The notes: generated from the letters alone by a model not told the origin. Positions 13,236 to 27,214 are shown, numbered from the stretch's first letter. The stretch: 64,000 bases of DNA from Neoconidiobolus thromboides FSU 785 (GCA_025603075.1 MU626300.1:64690-128689); one strand, 5' to 3'. Numbers and translations are program-made.

Positions 13236-14107
13236 TTTAGTATAAAAATGTTAAAGTAAAGTACAGTATTTCTGTGTGTTTATATACTTTGTGATTTGTA
13301 CTTATGTATACAGGATCAAGTCATTCCGATTTTTGCTTATTTATTAATAAGTTTTATAATTAAAAGGAGAGTTTAATATTATCTTATCACATTACCAGGA
13401 CACAGTATGCCAATCGTTATTTGATAGAGATAAGGTTTGTTTGACATTATACCAAATATGGATGAACCTTATGGATTTAATGTTTTTATCAAATACCTGA
13501 TAGTCATTAAATAAATAAATAAATAATTGGACTTATTTACTTTACACAGACATTACCTTTTTAATTTAACACTTCTATATTTTTACTATCATTTGATTCT
13601 TATCATGACTTTAGGCTTAAGTTTATAAGGTAATATATTGCTTTTACTGAGATGTCTTGTGATACTTGGCCTCATTTTAGATCCCTAAATGATAGGGTGA
13701 CTGTCACAATGGATGATTTCCAATAACTTCATCATTTCTTTAGCATTATACCAAATTTAGTGATTTAAATTAAATAGTTGAAACTCAACCAATCGCAGCA
13801 ATATATTGTCTAAATTTTGCAATTTACTATCAATTTAAAAAAACTTTAAACTCAGTTTAAAACTTAAATTTGATTATAAATTTATTTAATCCAAATAAAC
13901 AAGATAAAATAAAAAAAAATAAAAGAGATACGATTGACTTGAGATAAAGTACTCGTACTTTTGGTTTTTTGAAGCCTATGGTTATTTTTCTGTTTTTTAC
14001 AGTCTTTTCTTTAATTTTGTTTTTGATATTTGGATAGTTGACACACAATGTTTAGTTCTTTTGAACTCTTGCTTTTTAAACGATAGTTTAAGAAATGTTG
14101 ACAAAAT

Positions 14108-14206
14108 GGGGATGTATTTTTTTGTTTAATAATTTTACTAACAATCTCACCGCCTAAATAGCGCTCAAAAAATGGAAAAAGTTATGAAGTTAAAAAAAAC
14201 AGTTCC
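14108..14206 (+). mobile_element. MITE family copy 3
   Basis: GGGGATGT..ACAGTTCC ends, direct-repeat flanks AAAT/AAAT. Confidence 0.9.
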
Positions 14207-14245
14207 AAATGTTATTTATGTACAGCTGTTTAAATTTAAATACGT

Positions 14246-14341
14246 AGGAGTGTTTTTGATTTCATTACTTTTTTCATCTTTTAAACATTATTTGAGTGGA
14301 AAGATTGTTAGTAAGATTCTTAAACACAAAAATACATCCCC
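14246..14341 (-). mobile_element. MITE family copy 4
   Basis: AGGAGTGT..ACATCCCC ends, flanks ACGT/ATGT. Confidence 0.88.
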
Positions 14342-14580
14342 ATGTACTATATAGTTATAATTTTTATAGCCATTAATTTGGATCATTGTGTTAGATGGAA
14401 TTTAACTATTAATTTAATTTTAAATGAGCATTTAGTAAGCACCCATTTGAACTTAAACAGTTGTACTGAACTTTATTTCAACTTTAAATATTTACAGCTG
14501 CTGCAACTCTATTGTGATCCAATTTGTAGTGATTTTTAGAGCCAGTTACTTATTTGTTTAGTTTTTTTAAAACGTAATAT

Positions 14581-14678
14581 GGGGATGTTTTTTTTGGTTT
14601 CATTACTTTTCCATTTTTTAAGTGCTATTTGAGTAGAAAAGTTGTTAATAAAGTCCTTAAACACAAAAACACATCCCC
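14581..14678 (-). mobile_element. MITE family copy 5
   Basis: GGGGATGT..ACATCCCC ends, flanks ATAT/ATAC. Confidence 0.9.
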
Positions 14679-14745
14679 ATACCTTTATTTTTAAGTTAAC
14701 AGCTAATTAAGTTGTAATAGAGCTCCTGCAGCTATATTAAGATAT

Positions 14746-14843
14746 GACGATATATTTTTTTTGTTTAAGAATTTTATCAACGATCTTTCCACTCAAATAA
14801 TGCTTAAAAATGGAAAACTGATGAAGCCAAAAAAAACAGTGTC
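14746..14843 (+). mobile_element. MITE family copy 6
   Basis: Conserved core, variant ends GACGATAT..ACAGTGTC, flanks ATAT/ATAT. Confidence 0.85.
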
Positions 14844-15127
14844 ATATTTTTAATTTTTTAAGTGATTGTTAACAAAATTAAATAGACATTAAAGTTATAG
14901 TATGAATGATGCAGTATTTTGTTTAAATCATGAATATAGTAAGGAGAAAAAAAGGAATTAAACAAACTAAAGTAAAAAAAGATAAGGATTCTAAAAAAAG
15001 TAAATAAAACTAAAAATATCATTACGGAAACTCTTAATTTTGTTCACTTTATTGAAAATCATTATCGATTTTTTTATTTTAGTTTGTTTAGATTTTTTTC
15101 TCGTTATAGCCATAATATAAAAAATAC

Positions 15128-15225
15128 GGGAGTGTTTTTTTTGACTTCTTATTTCTTCCATTTTTTAAGCACTATTTAAGCGGAAAAATTGTTGATAAAA
15201 TTCTTAAACACAAAAATACATCCCC
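15128..15225 (-). mobile_element. MITE family copy 7
   Basis: GGGAGTGT..ACATCCCC ends, flanks ATAC/(A)ATAC. Confidence 0.88.
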
Positions 15226-15576
15226 AATACTTATATCAGTTTTAAACGTTGGTGCTTTTTTTAATAACTTTTTACTATAATTAAAATATGGTTTAATAAC
15301 TTCAAGCTTTTTGTAACATTTAACAACTAACTCGGGACATTGCAACTAATAATTTTTTTATTCAATAGTATTTAAAAAATGAAAAGATGAAATTAAAAAG
15401 GAAACCCTTATATATAAATATTTATTTTGTCAATATTGTTTCTAAGTATCATAAAAAAAGCAAAAAATAAAACGAATGTTGTTTTCTCCAAAAGTGTATA
15501 CTACTATAAAGGCTGCCATTATGAATGAAATGCCGATTTTCTAAAAACTTGACCGATAATTTTTCGATTCGGCTAT

Positions 15577-15616
15577 TTTTTTTATAAAACCGGGAATTTT
15601 TTTATAAAACCGGGAA
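15577..15616. repeat. Perfect 20-bp tandem duplication TTTTTTTATAAAACCGGGAA x2
   Basis: Read directly from the sequence. Confidence 0.8.
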
Positions 15617-18600
15617 CTTTGAATTCAAAATGCAATATCTAAAAGCACCTTTCAGAAAAAATACATTGAGGCATAAATTCTTACTATTTATAATTCAACA
15701 ATTTATAATTATATATAATACCCTAACTAACATAATTGAACTGATATCCAAAAAAAGCAAAAATCACTTTTTATATTATGAAATTCATATTAGATACCTT
15801 TGTGTGTGTAACTTCAAAAAAACTCTTTTTGCTGAAAGCACTAAAGCTTCCGTTTTCATTTTTTAGTAAACATAAAGCTGGAAATGTTCATATTTGATTC
15901 ATCAATAAGGATGTGAATAAAAAAATAGTGTTTTAAGGGAGAAATGAATTATATAGTTGAACGCAAACTACATTTGAATGCGTTATATGCTTTTGTATTA
16001 GAATAGAAGTGCCAATTGTGAGTAAAAAAGGTTTACTTATTTTTATAGTGAACGGTATAAAATCATGCGTATTATTAATACACTATAATAGTTAAAGTTT
16101 CGGTGTAAATTTTATGGTGATTATTTTTCCAATTACTATCATGAGATTCGCATAAAACATGATTTTGTGATATTGAGTTTTAGTAGAACATTTAAAAGTT
16201 GTAATCAGATAAGTTTATAAAGTCTTAATGTGAGGAACTATACTCATGCTACATAGTAAAAAAATAGATACTAAGGAACTTATATCTGGTTTATAGCTTA
16301 ACACGGAAAGGCACAGAAATGGTAATACTAAAATATTAATCAATTATAGCATGCTTAAAACTACAAGACAGGACGAAGTATTGAAAACTATAATGTCTCA
16401 GTACAAAATTTTTGATTTTGTTTTCTTTTTTTGTTATTATTCATTTCATTAGATTCAGCCTATAGAAATAATAAAATACTTTATCGACATGGTATTTAGC
16501 TAACTCCTATATGAACTATAATAAATAATATCTCACGATTTTTAAACCACAATTGATAATTATTAATTCAGAAATATTTTTTAGCTGACTTATAATATCA
16601 CCATCGTTTTATCTGTCTTTACACACATTTGAATACCTTATATTTGCATTTTGATATAATCTTATTTATAAAACATATAAAAATCCAATGAATTATAGCA
16701 GCCTGCTATGCAGATAAAGACCACAACTAAAAGGTATCATTTCTTTTGAGTAACAGACACAATAAACTGGGATTTCATCCTTTTTGTTATTTTTATACAT
16801 TTCTGATAAATATAGAAAGCTATTTTCTTATTTAATAATATTGAAAGTTATTGAAATACATAATCAAACTATATTTTTTATACACAAATAAGACTTGATA
16901 TTAAATCACAGCTCAAATTAAAGTCGACTTAAATTATCTTCTAACATAAAATTAATAAATTATAATATACACATACATAGATTATTATTACTATATATTA
17001 TAAGTTTGTTATCACTTTACAATTATAGTAGTCCCAAGTAGCCGACACACGATAATTTAAGCTCTTTTCACATGAGACTAAGTTTTTAAAGAATTGAGCA
17101 GCTTTCTTTTCAACTATTAGGTTACCATGGGGTGGAGGTTCTCAGTGATTTTATGTCTTATTTCAATAATAGTTCTAAAAAAAATAGTTGGGAGAGGGGG
17201 TTGTTTTAGCTTAGCTAAAAAATTGATCCTTTAACTCTCGAAAAGGTAATTGCATATGAATCTATTACGTATAGGAGCCTTTCATTTTACTACAGTTTTA
17301 TTATAAAACAAATATTGTTTACTATTACTGTTGCAGCTTTTATCAACTATTTAGCGCCAATTTTTACAGTCAAACAATTTAAATATCTAATTTTCACAAA
17401 GCCTAGTCTTTATATTTTAGCCAAATTCTAACATAAATTTTACTCTAAATAAACTGTTAGATAATTTGAAAAGAACTGCAACAGATATAATAGCAATCAG
17501 CTTTATTCTATTAGATTGAATTTTACCCAACTTTAATTACCCGAAACTAACCAATATACTTTTAGTTTTTATCTGCGTTGAAATATTACATATTATGATT
17601 AATGTAAAAGATATTCTTGAAATCTAATTTAAACCATTATAGAGTAGATAAGATAGTGTAATTTATGAAACTAAGGATTCATGTATAAATACAACCTAAA
17701 ATAAAGGCTGATTATGAAAGGAATAATTGAAATAAAAAGGCTTTCATTTTTGCGAAAAATGGATTAAAAAGTAATCATTTATTTTTACTAAATAAAATGA
17801 ATAACTTAATTAAAATTTTTAATGGGTTTTGAACGTTATTAAATCATAAAAAATCTAGACATTTTCTAATTCTTTTTATAATAATACCTCTTATTTTAAA
17901 TACTTTCGCAGGTTGTATTTTCAAAATAATAATACTAATTTTTTTAGTATCAATTTTTATCAACTATAACTATCATATAAACAAAATCTCATTTGATCCT
18001 TGAAATTGTGAAATGTTTTAAACTGCACTCAATATAGGTGTAGTTTTAAAAGTAATTCTCAAACAGAATTTATGTTATTTGAAGTTTTAATATACCATGA
18101 AATTATCACAAAGAGTTTATTGTCTTTTCAACCAATCCTTTCAATAATAAATTAGCTTAAGAAGCAATGCTTTGAATGGAGGCTATTCTATATAATCCGG
18201 CATATTGAGTGTATCTACACAACCTCAAAGTATTTATGAAAGAATTTGACTAAAGTTGAATCATGGTGAAAAGCCACAACGATGAAATAATGGCCTAAAA
18301 AGATATTGAAGAATAATAAATTTAATTTGAGTTTTACTATAACCGTTGCCTAACCCTGACTAGGACTCGATTTATATCCCAAGGCCAACCTCTGAAAAGA
18401 TTAAAGTAAGTACATGTACTTAGCCTAAAAAACTTTCATGTGGATCATTTTTTTAATGAATAGGAAGTATCTCAAATCACTGGGTTTATCTTTTAGCTTA
18501 TGCATTAGAATACAATCACTATTCTATTATTAGCTATATTGCTCTAAAAATATAAAGATAATAATTTATTAGAATACAATGAAATAAAATAATGAAGTAA

Positions 18601-18688
18601 AATAATGAAATGATGAAATTAATTTTTTATTTAATACAATATTAAAAATAACAAAACTTTAAACTATCAAAATATCTCAACCAACAAG

Positions 18689-19360
18689 CTACAAATTCAT
18701 GTAAGACACATTCATATGACTTGTTGTATCTTGTGGAAGGGTATTTTGAAATAAATCCATATTATCGTAAGTGTTTGTATAGAATGGGAATAATTGGTTA
18801 TTAAACATTGAAATTTGGTTTAATATCATGGCATCGGTGGTAACAGGACATTGTTGATTTGGCATACTAAAATAGTTCATGTTTTGCGTGTCAAGAGCCA
18901 TATTTAGTTGAGGATTATAGCTAAAATCAAAATTGGTGGGGTAGTTATTATATAAAGGCTGTGAAGTCAAAGCATTGAAATCCATATTCATATTTTGGTT
19001 GAAACTAATATCGAATTCACTCGATCTTGGAGATGGATTAGTAATTGAAGATGCATCAACATTAATATCAACATTCATTCTTTTACGACCATCTCTCTTT
19101 GTTTTACGATTTAAAGTAGAAGGTGACATTTCACCCTTAGATCTGGCTTTAGTACGTCTGTTTTGAAACCAAATTTGTACGTTTCTTTCAGTCAACCCTA
19201 ATTTTTTAGCTAACTCACTACGTACTTGGTTACTTGGTCTATTATCTTGTTTGAACAAATCTTCTAATCCTTTGATATGTTCAGCAGTCAATGTAGTTCT
19301 ATGACGAGTATAAGGACGATCATTAAAGTAAACGATTTGATTATCTACATTAAAATTCAT
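18689..19360 (-). CDS. Homeodomain transcription factor A (223 aa, intronless)
   Basis: RHRTTLTAEHIKGLEDLF..PSNQVRSELAKKLGLTERNVQIWFQNRRTKAR; Asn/Gln/Met-rich C-terminal region. Confidence 0.93.
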   Translation of the reverse strand: MNFNVDNQIVYFNDRPYTRHRTTLTAEHIKGLEDLFKQDNRPSNQVRSELAKKLGLTERNVQIWFQNRRTKARSKGEMSPSTLNRKTKRDGRKRMNVDINVDASSITNPSPRSSEFDISFNQNMNMDFNALTSQPLYNNYPTNFDFSYNPQLNMALDTQNMNYFSMPNQQCPVTTDAMILNQISMFNNQLFPFYTNTYDNMDLFQNTLPQDTTSHMNVSYMNL

Positions 19361-22300
19361 TTTTTGTGTATGGTATATTAAATTATTAGATATCAGATTT
19401 TTGGGTAATAAATAAAATGATTGTTTTAATTTATTTTTTTGATTTCAAAACTTGAGTATTTATATGTTTTTTGCCACCTTTGAATATCAGTAATGAAATG
19501 GATCACGTAAGAAAAATTATTTTCATTTTTAACAAATATAGATAAATTAACGTCCATTCACCAAATTTTGACTGTTATAAACCTCTAAATCTACTTGATG
19601 ATGACAACGCTATCTCGTTTTAAATAAAATTAACATATTAAGAGAAAGTGCGATTCATGCGTAGATTTAAAACAACTTATATTAAAAGCCCTAAAAAGTT
19701 TGAATTTTAAAAATCAATAATCTCAGCATTCAACATCTTACACTGGTGTGTGAAATTAAATGCTTTAATCACTTAATATTTTAAATGGTAATTTTCAAAG
19801 CTATAAAGCAAATAGAACAAATTTTGCGATACTTGATTTATTTTTAATATTTCTAAATTTAAAATAAAAGGCTACTGTTATTCATAGTAAAAATGAAAAA
19901 ATGATTTCATTATATCAGTATTTATTTTATATTATTACTATTAATGAATAGCTAAAACCTTATTGTAGCTTATTTTACATTATATTGTAATCTATTATAT
20001 TATTATCTACATAACAAATGAATGTTGAATATCTTTTTATTCAAGTAATATTAGGTCCTAAAATGTAAATATATACTTATTACCATATTACATCAAGTTT
20101 CCGACAAGACATAAAATACCCCTAATGTTTTTGATTGATTTATAAATATTAATTTAATATTCCTGTAAGAACTTTGGTAAATAAAATGAACTTCTAAAAT
20201 TTAAACTTAATTTCCAACCCTCTACTTTATTGTAATATGTTTCATGTTATTTAAACTATAATCTATTTACACTAATATTAATTATATTGTTATATAGTAA
20301 TATCACTGAAAGCAGGCCATACAATATAAAAAACATTTTTATTATGATCAAGTTTCATATTCGCTATTTAATAATATAGGATCTTTTATTTGAAGGAATA
20401 TTACCCAGGTCAATAAAGATACTTTAAAACTTTAATTTTAAACAAAAATTTGTTCAAAATAAGTAACTGTTAACTATTTAATGACATCTTTCATATTGTA
20501 AGTATATCTAATATGAAAATTTCGTTCAATCGTTATAGTGGGAATGTATAGTATCTGATACTGATAATATAAATTATATTAAAGCGTTACTACAACATAT
20601 AACTAGCAAAACTCTTTGATGTAATTAATAAGTATATCTTATAAAATGTTCGATATTTAAAGCATAAACGCTATAAGCAAGTTGGTATTAATTTTAATAA
20701 AACAAAAAATTTACTCAATTAGGTAACTCTGGCGGCAGGCTTACTGAATATGTCAACTATATACCATTAGCTTATAAATATATAAAAGATATTTTTAAAT
20801 AAAAAATTAATTTTGGTTTTATTTAATGCAAGTTTATGTAGGATAGTTTAGATAAATTTAACTGGCCTTTTTTCAATGTGAATCTATGCATCAAGTTTTG
20901 AATAAGGCTCTAAATTTAAAAATAGAGCTTTTATTAATTTGATTTAATTCATTCAAAAATAAAATATTTCTAATATCTAACAAATATCAATTTGCACATC
21001 TTTGATACGAATGATACCATTTATGAAGGGGTATTTTGAGCTTGTATTACTTCTTCATATGTATACTTTTAAGCTTAAAACTTGGTCTTAAATTCAATAT
21101 TTACATTCTTTATAGCTTTAAAGTATCGTTAATATTATAATACAGAGTATCCATATATAACACTGAGGGGTTTTATATCCACTAGAAACACTAATTAGTC
21201 AATTTATAAACTGTCTTAATGAATTTAAAATAATGTTAATTGAGTGTAAATATTTTAAATTTAAATCAAGTGTGACTGCATAAATAAAATTCAATTTTGG
21301 GGTTTTGGGGATAATGTATCATCATGCAATTAGTTTGAATTAGACTAATTTTATTAAAGTTTTAGTAAACCTTGATATAATTAAACTGCCTTCTAGTTTT
21401 GATAATTTAAGTGAAAATATACCCATCAAGCTTAAGTCAGCAGGAATTAAAACCCCTTGCTTATGACTGCAAAGGAGGGCAAAGTAAACTCGTTATAGCA
21501 AAATCTGTCTTATAAGGAAATTTACCTTATAAAGAACTGACCGTATATTCATCAATATTATAAATTTCATTGCTTAGCTCCCAATGACTTTGAACATCAA
21601 ATATGATAGTAAATTATAGTTAGCCTAAAAATCCTTAAATAAAGTTGATAGTTTCGTTCTTTCGCTATGTAAATTAGTCTATTAACTAAACCAACGATAA
21701 AAATAGAGATACTAAAAGCTATGGTCTTTAAACTCAATAAAAATATTCAATATACTCAAAGTTTTAAAAACAATAATTATGTATGTAATTATTGTGAACA
21801 TAGTAACTTAATAAGCTACTAAAGCTAAAGTCGATGATTGGTCTATAGTAGCGACGGAAACATGCATAAAACATAGCTATTGTTTGACTATTTACATAAA
21901 TTATTAACTCATTTCAAGACATAACCCAAATGAAGAAATTTAGTAAAATTAATTCGAAATTTTATAATGCTCATAGTAAAGTATGAAGTTAAGCAAGGGC
22001 TGAAAATTTGATACTAGAAATAAAGATAGAAATAAGATGAAATTAATATTAAACAGAAATTAAGTACGAAATCGCAGAAAGACTTTAAAAAGAAAAGATA
22101 AATTAATAATATGAAAATCAAATGTGCTATTAAACCTAATTATGCATAATTTTTTTGACACGAAATCAAAGTAAAGTTAAAAAATATGATATTGACTTTA
22201 ATTCATTATTAACAACACTGAAAGACCTGTATAATTAATATGCAGTAGTAATAGATTTCACCTTTGCTTTATTAAATGTATATTTTAAAAGCAACTGTTT

Positions 22301-23137
22301 TATTCCAATTTAGTAAAAATACCTAAAGGAAGAATAACAATAAAGTTGGTATTAGAAAGTGTATATAGTATCAAAGAACTTAATTGTATTTAGCTTTCTC
22401 TACGAAAACACACATTAGGCCAAAAGATTAGTAGTGAGTTCATTTAGATGAAATAAAAGAGAAGTACTAAGCTTCAGAATAACATTCTTTTGTTCCATTT
22501 ACAACTTATCCTTTTATGGTAATCATTATCTAAATATATCATGAGAGGATTTTTGCTTAGAAAATTTGATGTAACTGTGTTATAAGTTATTATTATTGAC
22601 TATTTTGAGTTGAGATAATAGTTTTAAGCATGTCTAGCACTAAAGGAATAGATACATAACCTTTGCTTAATTTACAATACTATAAAAAAATGAAAGGTAT
22701 TGGGATGCTAAGCTAATATTTTTTAATGATAAAACACATAAATCAAACATTCAATAAGATCAAAAACCCACTTTAAGCAATAGTAAAAATTTTAAATTTA
22801 TTAGAACTATCTCGGAGTTTTTAAGATATCTCTTCTATAATGTTAAAATATAGTAATAGTTTATTATAGAGGGCAGATAAAAAACAAATAATGGTTAAAA
22901 TGAATCGTTTTTTAGTAGCTATACATTAGGATTATATTTTCTGATTGTAAAGTGCAAGAGTTTTTTTAAAATTCAGAATATTGTTGATGTCGGTATTTTT
23001 TTTATGATTGAGAATTCCTTAATAAAGAGCATTATTAATAAAATGGTGTACACCCATTGTTTATTTATCGGATTGATATTTTAAATTTGCCTTTCAATTT
23101 CGAGCGTTTACCTTAGAATCCATCTTCAAATTAACAT

Positions 23138-23230
23138 GGGGGATATATTTTTATTTAAAAATTTTACTAACTTTCATTTAAATAATGCTTAAAAATGGAA
23201 AAACGATGAAACCAAAAAAAACACCCCCCC
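23138..23230 (+). mobile_element. MITE family copy 8 (small internal deletion)
   Basis: GGGGGATA..ACCCCCCC ends, core present, flanks ACAT/ATAT. Confidence 0.82.
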
Positions 23231-25019
23231 ATATTGAATCTTTTTTATCATGATTCCATGGCATAAAATTATAATGCACAAATCAACCTAAAATTAAAAG
23301 TATCAAATTTTATTTAAAAACAAGCCCCCCAACTTTGAATATTAATAGTTTTAAATATTTAATTTATATAATAATTACAAGAAAATCTAATACAAAATTA
23401 AAAGACTAAATAAATTCAATCAAGTACTCAGCTTACAATGTTATATTCTTAGTTTTGATTTGATTGCTTTAGTAAATAAGTTAACAACAATTTAGCTGAA
23501 TTATGATTTTAGTAATTTTCTATCTTTAAACAGCTCTATTTAATAAGTTTATCACATTTATATTAACATTAGTAAAAGATGTTAGCGTTTTTGTTTAATT
23601 AAAGTTGTGTAGATGTAGAGCATTGACTATATTTTATTTAAAGGTAAATTTATTTTGTAAATTATCATAGAAGTAATAATAAGATTCATTTCGAGATTTT
23701 AATCAAATTTCAATTTAGTTGTAATGAATTAGAATAAGACAACACTCCTCTCAAATTAGCTTATTTTTTAACTAGAAAACGTTCTAATTACAATGTATCA
23801 TGATTTATATGCTTATTTTTTATCTAATCAGAATATTAACAAAGTACTATTTCAGATGAAATGAGGTGGATATGGGCTTTTTCAAGTTGCATATCTTATT
23901 TAAATGTTAATTTTTTGAGTATCATCAATCTTCGCAAAAATTTGTTACAACTAGCCCCTTGAAATATATTTGCTAAATTCAAATTTATGCATCAAAACTC
24001 AAATAAATTAAAATTAAAATTAATTTAATTAGCTAATTTCTTTTAAATTTTATTGGTTAAATGCTACTTTTGAGCTGAATGAATGTATCCGTCCTAATCA
24101 CTTAAGTTAGAAATAAATGTAATAGTTCATGTAAAAAACAAATTAAATTAAGATTTTGAGTCGAGATACTCAGAACGCATATAAAAATAAAATGGTCTTC
24201 ATTAAATTATGAATCAGCTAAAAGCTACCTTAAATAGCATTTATCTCGCTGTTTTTAATTTTTAATATACAATTATGTAAGCTAAAGACATGCAGCAACG
24301 ATCCAAGAGTAATTATACTAATAAAATATAAAGCTATTATTTATTGCCACTTTCATTATTATTGAAACAAATAATGTTTTATTACAATAAAGAAACTTAT
24401 TGATTCAATGTTTTTTTTAAAATTATGTTTAATTCAAAATAAAGAAATCGTTACAATATTGAGAGCATAATTTGAATGAATGACTATGTGTCAACAGATA
24501 GGGGGTATGTAACTTTGTTTTTACTTCAAACGATATCTTTTGAAACAAGTGGCTTGAAAATTTAAATAAACTTGTATGCTTGTAATATAAAGGTATCTCA
24601 GTATGTATGTTGAATTCATTAAAAACAAAGTGATATCCCCAATTAAATATTTTCTTCAAAGCAGTTATCTTTCTGTGGGTTCATATCGAAAATATAAAAG
24701 TACCAAAGTTGAACAAGGATAGTGAAAATCAACTTGTTTTTTCCCTATCTTAAATAGAAAAGTATATGATCAATAAATAGCGTCCGTTTCTTTCTATAAA
24801 AATACTGATATTTATTAAAAATGAAAATCTGCATAAAAATATATACTCTAATGCTGTGAAAAAGCACTAGTATTTAACCTACTTGAGTTAAATCAATGTA
24901 TTGATGCTACAGATCAGCTAAATTAACAATGAATAATTAAAAACTCATAGTTTTATCAATTTAAGTGACATAAAATCATAAAAACTCGAACTAGAAATTA
25001 CGATACAAACATTTTTTAT

Positions 25020-25433
25020 TTACAATAATTTTCTGATTTTTCTAAAGAGTCTCTTATAGATATTAATATTATCTTTCTTTTCAGAATCAATAGAACCCTG
25101 ATATTTAGCACCATTTTGGTCAGCAGAAGCGGACAAATTATTAATTTCAGAATACTCATATTTGTCCCCCTTCTTTTCAACAAGTCCAATAAGCTCTTCA
25201 GTACAAAAAGCAATGAATACTTTATCGTTGTCAACCGATTTGACTTCTGATGAACAATAATTTTTGTTTTCTTTACATTCTAATTTCACCGAAGCATTAG
25301 ATGCTCCTTGAGCAGTACATTCACAAGTAAGATTATTGTCTTTAGTGGCTACATTACAATCATATTTAACAGCTGTAATAAGGCTGAATAATACAATTAA
25401 ACATAAAGAAAAGAGAGAGAAATATCTGGACAT
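25020..25433 (-). CDS. Small secreted Cys-containing protein of unknown function (137 aa)
   Basis: Hydrophobic signal peptide, 6 Cys, cationic C-terminus IYKRLFRKIRKLL. A 137-codon ORF is unlikely by chance in this AT-rich DNA. Confidence 0.75.
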   Translation of the reverse strand: MSRYFSLFSLCLIVLFSLITAVKYDCNVATKDNNLTCECTAQGASNASVKLECKENKNYCSSEVKSVDNDKVFIAFCTEELIGLVEKKGDKYEYSEINNLSASADQNGAKYQGSIDSEKKDNINIYKRLFRKIRKLL

Positions 25434-26391
25434 ATTGTTATATATTTTAATTGAACTACTTGAAGTTTTAATATTTTAATTGGATTAAAAATTGACTCTT
25501 TTTATATTTTATTTTACGGATTATTTATTTTGGTCTATTGCTCAGTGAAATTAAGTGTTATTTTACTTTTTCTCCGTGGTTCTTTGTTTTTTTAATACTG
25601 CATGTTTTATTCTCTATTGTGAATTACGATAAAACAGTTCCAAATTTCATTAATTTATTAACATTTACTAAAACAGTAACACGTTGTAAATATTAAATGA
25701 AACCCATAAGTCAATAGTAAAATTCAAATGGAAACTATACATTAAAAAAGAGAATAGACTATTATTGAGTATAAGTAGAACTATTATTCTGATATTGAAA
25801 ATATAAAATAATAATAGAAAAGCATTAATTAAACTAGTTTTTTAAGTAAATTGTCATGTTTTTTTCAAATGCTGATTTGCCTAAAGATTTTCCTGAATTA
25901 AGGCTTAAAAATGAATAAATAATAATAATGTTTTTTAAATAATATAATTAGCAGGCACTTTTATTAAATTCTAACCCATTTGGATTAATTTTGAGAGCAT
26001 CAAAACTAAATCAAATATTCATCGTTTTGACTTTAGTTTTTTACAGTATAATAATACCTCTAGTGTACATAAAAATCAACTCATAGTATAGTTAGGATTT
26101 TTATTTTTGCACTAGCAAAAAAATGTCTTGTTAACGCTAAAAAATTGATTGACCTAGATGGATTAATTTTTGAACCTATATAAGAACTTAATTAGTATTT
26201 ATTTTTATTAAAATTTCATATAATTGTAATTTTTTTTGCATATATAAAATGTTATTTAGTTGAATGTATTGTTGTAAGATTTGGTGCTTAGGGAAAAGAT
26301 TATAAAAGTCTTTTAATTAACTATTTATAATAAATTCAGAAATCTTAGCTTTAATAACTAGAATAGGTTTATAAATAAAAGAATAGCATGT

Positions 26392-26490
26392 GGGGGTGTA
26401 TTTTTATATTTAAGGATTTTACTCACAAATTTTCCACTCAAACAACGCTTAAAAGATGGAAAAAATAATGAAGTCAAAAAAAACACTACC
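26392..26490 (+). mobile_element. MITE family copy 9
   Basis: GGGGGTGT..ACACTACC ends, direct-repeat flanks ATGT/ATGT. Confidence 0.9.
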
Positions 26491-27214
26491 ATGTAATAAT
26501 TAAGCAGATTGTATGAAGCAAGATAAAAAACTTACACAATTAACGGATCATATAAAAAAACTAATAAAAAATAAATTTATTATTTACTTATCAGTGTAAA
26601 ATCTGGTACTCAGTGGTTGAAGTCAAAGGCCTTAGTTTACGTAGCTAATGTAGGCTTAAATTATGAAGAATAAGATGTAATAGGCTATAAACTATGTAAG
26701 ATAAATAGAATAGACAACACTACTGCAAAATCTATGTAAAATTCTATTAGTAAAATTTAATGGCTTTATTAAAGGTGAGAGTATCAGGGAGCAATTCAAT
26801 TAGAAAGCCTCGAGTTATTGTGTTAAAGGATTTTTTTATACTCCAACAAGTATGGATATCAAAATGAGAAGTATAATATTCTTTGCGATGTAGAGTTAGA
26901 AATTCTTATAAAAAATCAAAATAAAAGCTTGGGATTGATTGTGTGTAAACTCAAGAACACAACAACTTAAGTGATTGTTATGTTATAATCAATTATAAAG
27001 CTGATAAAGCAATATTTCACAGCAATTATAACAAAAAATAGCTGTTGTTATGTTTTTTATGTATAGCTACCTAATTGAAATATATATATCCTTAATATGT
27101 TAATTTAGAGCCTTTTGTTAAATTGTTTTTTAATATTATATCTTTTAATAAAAATACCAGATTTTATAATAATATGTTTTATTTTATTTGTTTTATATAA
27201 TTTATAACTTATAT

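Noticed and set aside
17060-17160. Minus-strand IKSLRTSTPW*PNS resembling a retroviral integrase IKH.RTSPYHPQS motif
   Set aside because: The downstream AER.N..L part needs a frameshift and no other pol motif or LTR was found; too short to call.
18407-18422. 16-bp perfect palindrome TAAGTACATGTACTTA
   Set aside because: Several palindromes of this length are expected by chance in 64 kb of AT-rich DNA.
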